From Fibrobacter sp. UBA4373 (GTDB lineage Bacteria; Fibrobacterota; Fibrobacteria; Fibrobacterales; Fibrobacteraceae): a stretch of DNA of 64,000 bases. A program made the position numbers and the translations under genes. Shown here one piece after another: positions 56,099 to 64,000 of this stretch. Every line of letters begins with the position of its first letter. Position 1 is the first letter of the stretch. The notes beneath the pieces are model-generated. The model was not told where the DNA came from. It saw only the letters and a program-made list of their open reading frames with translations, and ran no database searches. The stretch lies in assembly GCA_002390045.1 (NCBI GenBank), contig DGSB01000061.1, positions 5,361 through 69,360 of the forward strand, given 5' to 3'.

Positions 56099-58666
56099 AT
56101 GAAGCACATTCTCAATAAAAAAGGCCTTTTCATTGCAGGGATCGCCCTTTCCTGCTGTTTTGGCTTAAGCGAAGCCGCCATTTCACCGACAGAAGTCGTG
56201 AACCTTCCCACCGATACAAAACTCGGAGGCGGTGATGCAATCGGTTCCACCCTTTCGAGAGCCACTTACAATGGAGGAAAAGGTCCTGGCATTTGGATTG
56301 TGGCCGATGGCGGTTACCGTCTTTATCATAACGGAAGCCTTCTTGCCGAAGACAACCAGGCAGGCCGCGTCCGCTTTATTCCGATGACATTCCTTCCGGG
56401 AGAAAATGCGATTTCCGTCATCGGGGTGGACGGAAACAAAACTCCGGGCGTCATGGTGCAGATCGATGAACTGCATGAGTCCTACTATTCGGGAAGCGGC
56501 TGGTATGCAAAACCGGATTACGGAATCTACAATAATGCGTGGAAGCAGAAAGGTCGCGATCTTTCGCAGTGGGGCGGAGCCACTTCTCTCAGCTATTCGA
56601 ACACCGTTCTTCCGAGCGGTGGCACGCTAAGCGGCTGGCCGTCAGGATCCAAGTCCAAGTGGATTTGGACGGGTACATCGACCGATTCTACCGTCGCCCT
56701 CCTTTTTAACCTCAACTTGAAAGCCGAAGGTTTCGGCGCTTCGACAACCGGCGGGGATGCGGGATCCATTGTCATCGCCTCGGATTCGGCTTCGATCCGC
56801 AAGTATTTGCAATCCAGCGAAGCCTACACCATTCTTATTCCCGAAGGAACCTATGATTTTAGACAGTTCCGCGATGCCGTCACGGAAGCGACTGCCGCAG
56901 GGCGCACTTGGTGTAAATCCGCCTGCGGTGCAAATGACAAGAATTCAAGCAATACGTTCTACCGCATCAACTTTGCAGCCAATACCTGTAGCGGTCTAGA
57001 CGGAACGACGATTGTCGGAACCGGTGAAATCCAGTCGTGGAGTAATTGGATTACCATCAAGAACAACAAGAGCCTCATCGGCATGGGACGTGGGGCCAAT
57101 CTCCGCGGAGCCTCTCTCAACAACCGCAAAAACGAAGGCGCCGGTAACAATATTTTCCGCAATCTCGCTATTTACGACGTGAACCCGCATTTGATCGAAG
57201 CGGGCGACGGTCTTGAAATTTCGGGAAATAAAGGGAGCGAAGTTTCTAACTTCTGGTTTGACCACATCAGTTACAAATGGATTTCGGACGGTATGGACCT
57301 GGAATTTGTCAAGGGTCTGACAGTTTCCTATGTCGACTATGACGGGGCAAACGAATACAACTGCTATTACTACGATCCCTACATGCATCTCGTAGAAACC
57401 GCCCAGGCGACCATGCACGACATGTATTGGCACAACACTTTCGGCCGCGTTCCAAAAATTTATGCCGTAGACGGCAGCAGTTTCGCTCCGACCGTCCACA
57501 TTTACAATTCCTACGTGGATTATAACCATTGGCATATTATCGATGTCAACGGCACCTCTTCTTTAACGTCTCAACTGCTTTACGAAAACAATTACATCGG
57601 CACGGCCAATATCCAAGTCGCCGGCAAAGATGCCTATAGTAAAGTCAACATGAAGAACAACACGATCAAGAATGCAAAAAATTCGACTCCGTACAGCAAC
57701 AACGGAACCGCAACAAGCACCGCTTTCACCGATAACGTGTTTACTCCGAGCTATTCGTACACTTTGCGCACGAACAGTACCCTTCCGGATTCCATGCCTC
57801 TGCTCACAGGTGTCGGCGGCCGCTACGGTTCCATGCCTTCGTACAATCAGGCCATGGGAATTTCTCCGCTTGCGGCAACCGCAAAAGTTTCCGCAACACC
57901 GGGAACCAATTCCGTTTCTTTGACGGCAACGGTCACAAGTTCGAGCGGTGCAAGTATCAAAAAAGTGGACTTCTACATTGGCACGACGCTCGTCGGTTCT
58001 GCAACGTCTAGCCCGTATACGGTCAATGTTTCCGACATTTCAAGCGGAACGTACAGTGCGATCGCAATCGCAACCGATGCCAACGGTCTTGAAGGCGTTT
58101 CCACGTACACCACTTTTGATGTTTCCGGCGAAGCTATCCAGACCAAGGGAGTTCTCACCAAGAACGGTGCCGGTTCTTCGAACCAGACGATTACTCTTGG
58201 TGAATCGATTGCAGACTTCAGCTATGTTTGGAGCAACTGCACCGGTGTAGAAGTCAGCGGTCTTCCGGATGGCGTCTCGTACACACTCAACACGAGCGAA
58301 TCCCGTGTCAGCATTTCGGGAACTCCGACGGAAGCTGGTGAATTCGTTTATACGATTACCACCGTTGGCGCCGACACGAACGTTTCCGTTGTCCGTACGA
58401 TTACAGTGGTCGATCCGAACGCAAGTTCTTCAAGTGAAGCCAGCTCGAGTTCGGAAATGTCTTCGAGTAGCGAATCCAAAACCGCCATTTCCGAAAAGAT
58501 GAACTTTGCAAAGGAACCGACCGCTTATTACCGCATCTTCGACATGCAGGGTCGCCCGCTTTTCTCTGGCATGCAAAAGCCGAATCAAATGCCAGCCGCC
58601 CACGTAATCGTCATCGAATACACGAAGAGCGGAAGCATTAATCGTCGATACATCCAAGCGCGATAA
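56099..58666 (+). CDS. PL1 pectate/pectin lyase with Ig-like domains and Fibrobacter-type C-terminal sorting domain
   Basis: AEGFGASTTGG, NKSLIG, NNIFRNL, WFDH, GRVPK; VDFYIG Ig domain; poly-Ser then YRIFDMQGR. Confidence 0.87.
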   Translation: MKHILNKKGLFIAGIALSCCFGLSEAAISPTEVVNLPTDTKLGGGDAIGSTLSRATYNGGKGPGIWIVADGGYRLYHNGSLLAEDNQAGRVRFIPMTFLPGENAISVIGVDGNKTPGVMVQIDELHESYYSGSGWYAKPDYGIYNNAWKQKGRDLSQWGGATSLSYSNTVLPSGGTLSGWPSGSKSKWIWTGTSTDSTVALLFNLNLKAEGFGASTTGGDAGSIVIASDSASIRKYLQSSEAYTILIPEGTYDFRQFRDAVTEATAAGRTWCKSACGANDKNSSNTFYRINFAANTCSGLDGTTIVGTGEIQSWSNWITIKNNKSLIGMGRGANLRGASLNNRKNEGAGNNIFRNLAIYDVNPHLIEAGDGLEISGNKGSEVSNFWFDHISYKWISDGMDLEFVKGLTVSYVDYDGANEYNCYYYDPYMHLVETAQATMHDMYWHNTFGRVPKIYAVDGSSFAPTVHIYNSYVDYNHWHIIDVNGTSSLTSQLLYENNYIGTANIQVAGKDAYSKVNMKNNTIKNAKNSTPYSNNGTATSTAFTDNVFTPSYSYTLRTNSTLPDSMPLLTGVGGRYGSMPSYNQAMGISPLAATAKVSATPGTNSVSLTATVTSSSGASIKKVDFYIGTTLVGSATSSPYTVNVSDISSGTYSAIAIATDANGLEGVSTYTTFDVSGEAIQTKGVLTKNGAGSSNQTITLGESIADFSYVWSNCTGVEVSGLPDGVSYTLNTSESRVSISGTPTEAGEFVYTITTVGADTNVSVVRTITVVDPNASSSSEASSSSEMSSSSESKTAISEKMNFAKEPTAYYRIFDMQGRPLFSGMQKPNQMPAAHVIVIEYTKSGSINRRYIQAR

Positions 58667-58692
58667 TTCGGAATTTCTCTCTGGTAAATATC

Positions 58693-58726
58693 AAAAAAGC
58701 GAGACTCTACGGAGCCTCGCTTTTTT
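58693..58726. terminator. Bidirectional terminator
   Basis: AAAAAAGCGAG(a)CTC..GAG(c)CTCGCTTTTTT between convergent genes. Confidence 0.8.
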
Positions 58727-58737
58727 ACTTCAGAATC

Positions 58738-59616
58738 TTACCAACAAGCCGTGATCTCTAAGGAAGAATTACCCGGAACCGTCACTGTAATCGGGAACGT
58801 TACAGAGAGCTGTCCTTTACAACCGCCCCACCATGCGCCTGTGTTCCAATCCACGCTTTCAGCAAACCAACTTAAGCAATCCGTTCGATCTCCCGAAAGT
58901 TGAATCGTCTTTTCGCCTGTGTTGCCGCTACAAGACTGAATTTCATACGTGTATCCGCCATCCAATGTTGTTGGCGCCGATTCCACGATGACCACGGCAT
59001 TTCCGCTGCTCGAGCTTCCTTCTGACGAACTCGAACTTTCCACACTGGAAGAACTTTCTGCTGAGCTTGAACTTTCCGCGCTGGAAGAAGACGAAGAGCT
59101 TACCGCTGAGCTCGAGCTTACCGCGCTCGAAGAACTTTCTGCCGAACTCGAGCTTACCGCACTCGAAGAGGACGAAGCGATTACCGCAGAACTTGAACTT
59201 TCCACGCTCGAAGAGCTTACCGCTGAGCTCGAGCTTACCGCACTCGAAGAGGACGATGCGATTACCGCAGAACTTGAACTTTCGACATTCGAAGAAGACA
59301 AAGCCATTTCAGCAGAGCTCGACGAAAGAGCGATACTGGACGAAGAATATACCCCAGCAGACGAAGTTCCTTCCACAGAAGAAGAACTTTCTGTTGACGC
59401 AGAACTTTCCCCACCAAGCTTTGTCGCGCATTTAGCATCTGCCTTGCAAGCTTCCAAAGCGGCTTCTATTTCTTGTGCGTAATAAGCAGAATCCTGCAAG
59501 TATTGTGCAGTTTCATCATCGGCAGTCACATCCGAAATATCGCCAGATCCGCAGGCAACAAAAATCCCTGCAAAAGAAAAAAATCCCACCAACCCGAATA
59601 AAGTCTTCTTCATCAT
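58738..59616 (-). CDS. Lipoprotein with a very long poly-Ser linker
   Basis: FVACGSGD..ACKADAKC N-module, ~135-aa Ser linker, C-module ending TACW. Confidence 0.82.
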   Translation of the reverse strand: MMKKTLFGLVGFFSFAGIFVACGSGDISDVTADDETAQYLQDSAYYAQEIEAALEACKADAKCATKLGGESSASTESSSSVEGTSSAGVYSSSSIALSSSSAEMALSSSNVESSSSAVIASSSSSAVSSSSAVSSSSVESSSSAVIASSSSSAVSSSSAESSSSAVSSSSAVSSSSSSSAESSSSAESSSSVESSSSSEGSSSSGNAVVIVESAPTTLDGGYTYEIQSCSGNTGEKTIQLSGDRTDCLSWFAESVDWNTGAWWGGCKGQLSVTFPITVTVPGNSSLEITACW

Positions 59617-59682
59617 AAATATCCCTAGATCCCAAAGGAATCCTTTAGGAACAATCTAACAACTTTTTTCAAAATGTAAACT

Positions 59683-60474
59683 TTAGTTTTCGGATTCTTC
59701 CGGATTAATCTTGCGTTTTCCGGTAATAAACTGCTGGACAAACGGATTTGTCGTATTTTTGATTTCGTCCACGGTGCCAACTTCGATAATTCGCCCCTTG
59801 TACAGCATAGCAATCCGGTCTGCAACCTTGAATGCGCTGACCATATCGTGCGTCACCACGACAGAAGTCACTCCCAGTTTACTCTGCATGTCCAAAATCA
59901 AATCGTTAATGACGTCGCTTGTAATCGGATCAAGACCCGTTGTCGGTTCATCGTACAAAAGAATTTCCGGACTCAAGGCAATGGCGCGAGCCAAGGCAAC
60001 GCGCTTTCTCATACCGCCCGAAAGTTCGCTCGGCATTTTAGTCCGGAATTCCGGAACGAGATTAATCAGCTTGAGTTTTTCCGTCACCACTTCCTGAACC
60101 TGTTTTTCAGAAAGTTCCGGGTGATGTTCACGGAGTGCAAACGCAATATTTTCGCCTGTATCCATACTGTCAAACAGAGCTCCGCTCTGGAACAGCATGC
60201 CCATTTTTTTACGGATGGTACGCGTGTCAAAAAATTTTGGCGTACTGATCGTTACACCGTCCACAATCACTTCGCCTTCGTCCGGTTGTAAAAGCCCGAT
60301 CATGTGTTTTAAAATCACGGATTTACCGCCACCCGACTGACCGATAATCACCATGGTTTCGCCACGGCGAATGTCCAGATTCACACCGGCCAAAACCGTC
60401 TGCACACCGAAGCTTTTTTTAAGCCCGCGCAATTGAATCATGATGTCATTGGGATCGATATTCACATTGGGCAT
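59683..60474 (-). CDS. mlaF: MlaF/Mkl-family ABC ATPase
   Basis: GQSGGGKS, LFQSGALFDS, LSGGMRKRV, YDEPTTGLDP. Confidence 0.9.
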   Translation of the reverse strand: MPNVNIDPNDIMIQLRGLKKSFGVQTVLAGVNLDIRRGETMVIIGQSGGGKSVILKHMIGLLQPDEGEVIVDGVTISTPKFFDTRTIRKKMGMLFQSGALFDSMDTGENIAFALREHHPELSEKQVQEVVTEKLKLINLVPEFRTKMPSELSGGMRKRVALARAIALSPEILLYDEPTTGLDPITSDVINDLILDMQSKLGVTSVVVTHDMVSAFKVADRIAMLYKGRIIEVGTVDEIKNTTNPFVQQFITGKRKINPEESEN

Positions 60475-60483
60475 AAGCGAAAC

Positions 60484-61266
60484 CTACTGGAAGAGGATTG
60501 CATCGGTCGCAAGGTCAAGAATCAAAATCATCAGGCAGCAAGAAACCACCGCATCCTTTGTCGCAAGGCCTACACCTCGTGCACCAGGAGCCGCATTAAT
60601 TCCATGCAGCCAGCCAATCAAAAAGATAATGACGCCGAACACAAACGATTTGATTGTACCACCGAACAGGTCCATCGGATTAAACAGATACTGCATTCCC
60701 GTGTAGAAAGTATACGAAGAAATGTCCAGAGCGAGAACGGCCACAATCCATCCACCGATTAAAGCGAGACAGTTAGAAATGATCGTCAGGCACGGCACCA
60801 TCGTCATAAAAGCCACAAAACGGGGCATTGCCAAAAAACGATAAGGATCAAGGCCCAAGACTTCGTGAGCATCCAGTTCTTCCTTTTCTCGCATCGAAGC
60901 AATTTCAGCAGCAAGCGCACTGCCGACTCGTCCCGCAAGAACAAGCGCCGTCAAAAGCGGTCCAAGTTCAATCAGCACCATTTTACACGCAGCGGTTCCA
61001 ACCCATTTATCGGCCACGAGACCGCGGAACTGGAACGATGCCTGCACCGTTGCCACCATACCCGTAAAGACCGAAGTCACAAACAACAGCGGCATCGAAG
61101 AAACGCCGATTGCCACCATCTGTTTTAAAACAAGTCCCCAATTACGGAATACATAAGGCAATTGACGAACGGTAAACCACAGAATACAGCAAAGCTCTCC
61201 AACGCTCGAAATTCCATTGGCAACGATCTTTCCTAAAAAAAGAAGTGGAGCGACGAGAATCTTCAT
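60484..61266 (-). CDS. mlaE: MlaE-family ABC permease
   Basis: ELGPLLTALVLAGRVGS..AEIASM, GARGVG; start at MKILV. Confidence 0.92.
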   Translation of the reverse strand: MKILVAPLLFLGKIVANGISSVGELCCILWFTVRQLPYVFRNWGLVLKQMVAIGVSSMPLLFVTSVFTGMVATVQASFQFRGLVADKWVGTAACKMVLIELGPLLTALVLAGRVGSALAAEIASMREKEELDAHEVLGLDPYRFLAMPRFVAFMTMVPCLTIISNCLALIGGWIVAVLALDISSYTFYTGMQYLFNPMDLFGGTIKSFVFGVIIFLIGWLHGINAAPGARGVGLATKDAVVSCCLMILILDLATDAILFQ

Positions 61267-61270
61267 ACGC

Positions 61271-62683
61271 TTAAATTCCGATATCGTCCACGGAGCCAAA
61301 GCCCATTCCGCCTTCCGGACCCGCTTCTTCTTCTGGGATGTAATTTTCGAATCGCGTATATTGCGGAATCCATGTTAAATCGATGTCGGCGGTCGCACCG
61401 TTACGGTGCTTTGCCACCAGCAGCTGGGCCTTATTTTTATCCGCTTCATCATGGCTGCGGTAGAACGGACGTTCAATGAACCACACCATATCGGCGTCCT
61501 GTTCGATAGAACCGGATTCACGCAAGTCCGAAAGCTGCGGACGCGTTTTTCCACCGCGGACAGCATCCGCACGATCTTCCGTTTTACGGGAAAGCTGAGC
61601 AAGGGCAATGACCGGAATTTTCAAATCCTTCGCAAGCACCTTCAAACCACGGGAAATCGCACCGACAGCGACTGCACGGTTTTCTTCTTTACCGGTTTTC
61701 ATCAGCTGCAGGTAGTCCACAATCACAAGGTCCAGCCCCACCTTGCGCTTTAAGCTTCGGCATTTGGAAAGAAGTTCCATAATGCCCAAGTCCAAGTTAT
61801 CGTCCACGTAGAGCGAATTTGTCTGCATAATGCGGCTCGCAGCTCCCGGGAGTTTTGCAAATTCATCCTGGTTCAAATGTCCCGAACGGAACTTGGAAAG
61901 TTCGATGCCGGCCAAGGAACAGAGAATACGTTGCATCAACTGTTCCGCGCCCATTTCCAAGCTGAAGAACGCAACGTGTTTTCCGAAATTGACGCTCGAA
62001 TTAGATGCAAGCGTGAGCGCAAACGCGGACTTACCCATACCCGGGCGTCCGGCGAGAATGATCAAGTCGGAAGGTTGTAAACCGTTTGTCAAACGGTCGA
62101 GATCGGTAAAGCCCGTGGGGCATCCGGAAAGACCGTCCTTACGCGTTTCTACAGCCTTCAAAACTTCCTGGACCACTTCACTTGCCGGACGAAGGGAGTT
62201 TTTCACCTGCTTTTCGGCTAGCGACATCACAGCGCCTTCCACTTTCGAAATCACTTCGTCCGGTTCCGCTGTAGGATCCTGGGCATCACGGATTGCAGTC
62301 GTCGCTGTATGGATCAAGCGGCGCATCACCGCTTTTTTCCGAATAATTTCTGCGTGGTAATGGGCATTAGCGCCGCTCGCCACGGATTCGATCAAATTCA
62401 GAAGATATTCTCTACCGCCGGCCGCTTCAAGCTTGTTTTCCTTTTCGAGCGCATTGCTGAGCGTCACCACGTCTATCGGCGTGTTGAACTGGGCAAGCTT
62501 CTGGAGCGCTTCCCAAATTACCTTATGACGTTCCTGGTAAAAATCATCCGGATCGAGTAACGAAACCACGTCAGAAAGGACGTTCGGATCCTGCATGACC
62601 CCGCCGAGGAAAAATACTTCGGCTTCGGCCGCCTGCGGAGCCGGTCTTCCACTGTATTCGAAATCTTCCTTTTTCTGATCCAT
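61271..62683 (-). CDS. dnaB: Replicative DNA helicase
   Basis: AGRPGMGKS, FSLEM, VDYLQL, LSDLRESGSIEQDAD, AKHRNG. Confidence 0.98.
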   Translation of the reverse strand: MDQKKEDFEYSGRPAPQAAEAEVFFLGGVMQDPNVLSDVVSLLDPDDFYQERHKVIWEALQKLAQFNTPIDVVTLSNALEKENKLEAAGGREYLLNLIESVASGANAHYHAEIIRKKAVMRRLIHTATTAIRDAQDPTAEPDEVISKVEGAVMSLAEKQVKNSLRPASEVVQEVLKAVETRKDGLSGCPTGFTDLDRLTNGLQPSDLIILAGRPGMGKSAFALTLASNSSVNFGKHVAFFSLEMGAEQLMQRILCSLAGIELSKFRSGHLNQDEFAKLPGAASRIMQTNSLYVDDNLDLGIMELLSKCRSLKRKVGLDLVIVDYLQLMKTGKEENRAVAVGAISRGLKVLAKDLKIPVIALAQLSRKTEDRADAVRGGKTRPQLSDLRESGSIEQDADMVWFIERPFYRSHDEADKNKAQLLVAKHRNGATADIDLTWIPQYTRFENYIPEEEAGPEGGMGFGSVDDIGI

Positions 62684-62701
62684 TCTAAACCTATGAGGAA
62701 T

Positions 62702-63511
62702 TTAGCCAAAAAATCCGCACTTCGGAATTTGGATTTTCCAAGTAACAAGTTTCAGCTGTCGATTCGTGAGCATTTCTTCCGGATCGATCAAAGCCGTCGC
62801 CTGGGTCTTTGCGAATTCAAGAGGCTTTCCACCAAAATCCACCACTTTCACGTTGTTCTGGGAGAGCGCCTGTTTCAAAAGCTTATCGCCAAAGAAGATC
62901 ACCGTCTGCGGAGCGATGAGCGAAACTTCCTTTTCGAGCATTTTCTTGAAAACGAGAGCGACCTGCGGAAGCACAATCCGGGAAACCTGTTTTTTGCAAA
63001 AATAGGTAACACCGATTTCTTCCGGTCTTATGTTCAAGCCAGCAAACATCCGGGCGACCATTTCGCCGACATCCGATTTTGCATAACCGTTTTCCAGATA
63101 CTTGGGAAGCGGTGAATAAACTACAAGGAGCAGGCGCGGCTTGTTCAAATTTCCTTCGCCCTTCACAAATGAATTTTTGGCGTACAGCTTTTCCGTCGAA
63201 ACCAGATTATAAAATTCTTCAAGAGTTCCTGCCGATTCATAGGCAGAAGGCACTGCGGATTTTGCCGATTCCGGGATGATGATTTTGGCAGCCGGCGTGT
63301 AGGCCGGACGAGGTTTCGGCTGCGATGCCGGAGCCGAAGAAAAACGTGGAGCGGACGGAGCAAAATTCGGAGCAGGCTTCGGCGGAGTAAACTGCACAAC
63401 AGGCTGGGCCGGCTGCGGAGACCAAGACCAGGGCTCATCCGAATACAGCTGGTCGGAATCCAGATCGATCTGCGCTTTCAGGTAACTTGCAAGTTCCGAG
63501 AAATCAGGCAC
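62702..63511 (-). CDS. Degenerate family-4 uracil-DNA glycosylase-like protein
   Basis: Pro-rich linker then FVKGEGN..LLLV..EVSLIAPQTVIFFG; located between coaBC and dnaB. Confidence 0.6.
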   Translation of the reverse strand: MPDFSELASYLKAQIDLDSDQLYSDEPWSWSPQPAQPVVQFTPPKPAPNFAPSAPRFSSAPASQPKPRPAYTPAAKIIIPESAKSAVPSAYESAGTLEEFYNLVSTEKLYAKNSFVKGEGNLNKPRLLLVVYSPLPKYLENGYAKSDVGEMVARMFAGLNIRPEEIGVTYFCKKQVSRIVLPQVALVFKKMLEKEVSLIAPQTVIFFGDKLLKQALSQNNVKVVDFGGKPLEFAKTQATALIDPEEMLTNRQLKLVTWKIQIPKCGFFG

Positions 63512-64000
63512 CGAGAGCCTCCCGCTTGGACTTCACCAAATTCACCACATCCTGGGCGAGTTCCGTCTTGGACCGCATCGAAAGTTCCGGAACAGGTTTC
63601 CCTTTTTCAAGAATCGCAAACGGAACGCGGTCATAGCCAAAACCGGCGCCATCCACGACAGGCGTGTTCAGCACCAAAAAGTCTGCACCGCTCTTCGCCA
63701 GTTTTTCTTCACCGTGTTTTTGGACATCATCGGTTTCAAGACCAAAGCCGACGATTACCTGCTTTGCAGGCTTGTTCTTGACCGAATCTCGCAAAATATT
63801 CGGATTCGGTTCAAGTTCCAAAATCAGCTGACTGCGGCTGTCCTTGATTTTTGTATCCGAAACATTTTTAGGACGATAATCGGCAACCGCTGCACAGTGC
63901 ACGATGACATCCATCTTCGGCTGAGCTTTCAAGACACGGTCATACATATCCTGCGAACTTGTCACCGGAACATCCAAGACGCCATACGGGACTTTTACAT
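63504..64000 (-). CDS. coaBC: CoaBC, C-terminal (CoaB) part; 5' end outside the window
   Basis: AAVADYRP, KIK, NPNIL, VGFGLET, KL..ADFLVLN. Confidence 0.92.
   Translation of the reverse strand, partial: VKVPYGVLDVPVTSSQDMYDRVLKAQPKMDVIVHCAAVADYRPKNVSDTKIKDSRSQLILELEPNPNILRDSVKNKPAKQVIVGFGLETDDVQKHGEEKLAKSGADFLVLNTPVVDGAGFGYDRVPFAILEKGKPVPELSMRSKTELAQDVVNLVKSKREALGA

Noticed and set aside
58949-59482. Leu/Glu-repeat plus-strand ORFs (also 52119-52805 and 55300-55656)
   Set aside because: Antisense readings of poly-Ser linkers

Overview
Chromosomal segment of a Fibrobacterota bacterium (Fibrobacter/Hallerella-like; inferred from a FISUMP-domain lipoprotein, Ser-rich lipoproteins and a Fibrobacter-type C-terminal sorting tail). 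About 57 CDS and 2 tRNAs (Val-GAC, Gln-CTG). From left to right: an organosulfur uptake/assimilation cluster with a divergent Rrf2 regulator; housekeeping and repair genes (uvrC, dinB, ispD, nnrD, pilD, uvrB, recF, dnaB, coaBC, mlaE/F, lolA); a 1767-aa Ig-repeat lipoprotein; an 11 x 40-bp structured tandem array and a GC hairpin before tRNA-Val; a PorV/PorZ-like envelope cluster; a barrel-fused SppA; and a glycan locus (GH5, PL1, three domain-shuffled lipoproteins) interrupted by an Rpn-family nuclease. The most notable signals are a -10-like TAnnTT box 6-9 nt before the start of about 16 operon-leading genes (possible pervasive leaderless translation), the 40-bp GNA-hairpin array, a candidate sRNA, a shared LysR-type operator in the sulfur cluster, dense D-S/T-hydrophobic glycosylation-like sequons, and an Rpn intragenic antitoxin start. 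No CRISPR-Cas, IS or prophage was found. All calls come from reading the sequence; no database searches were run.
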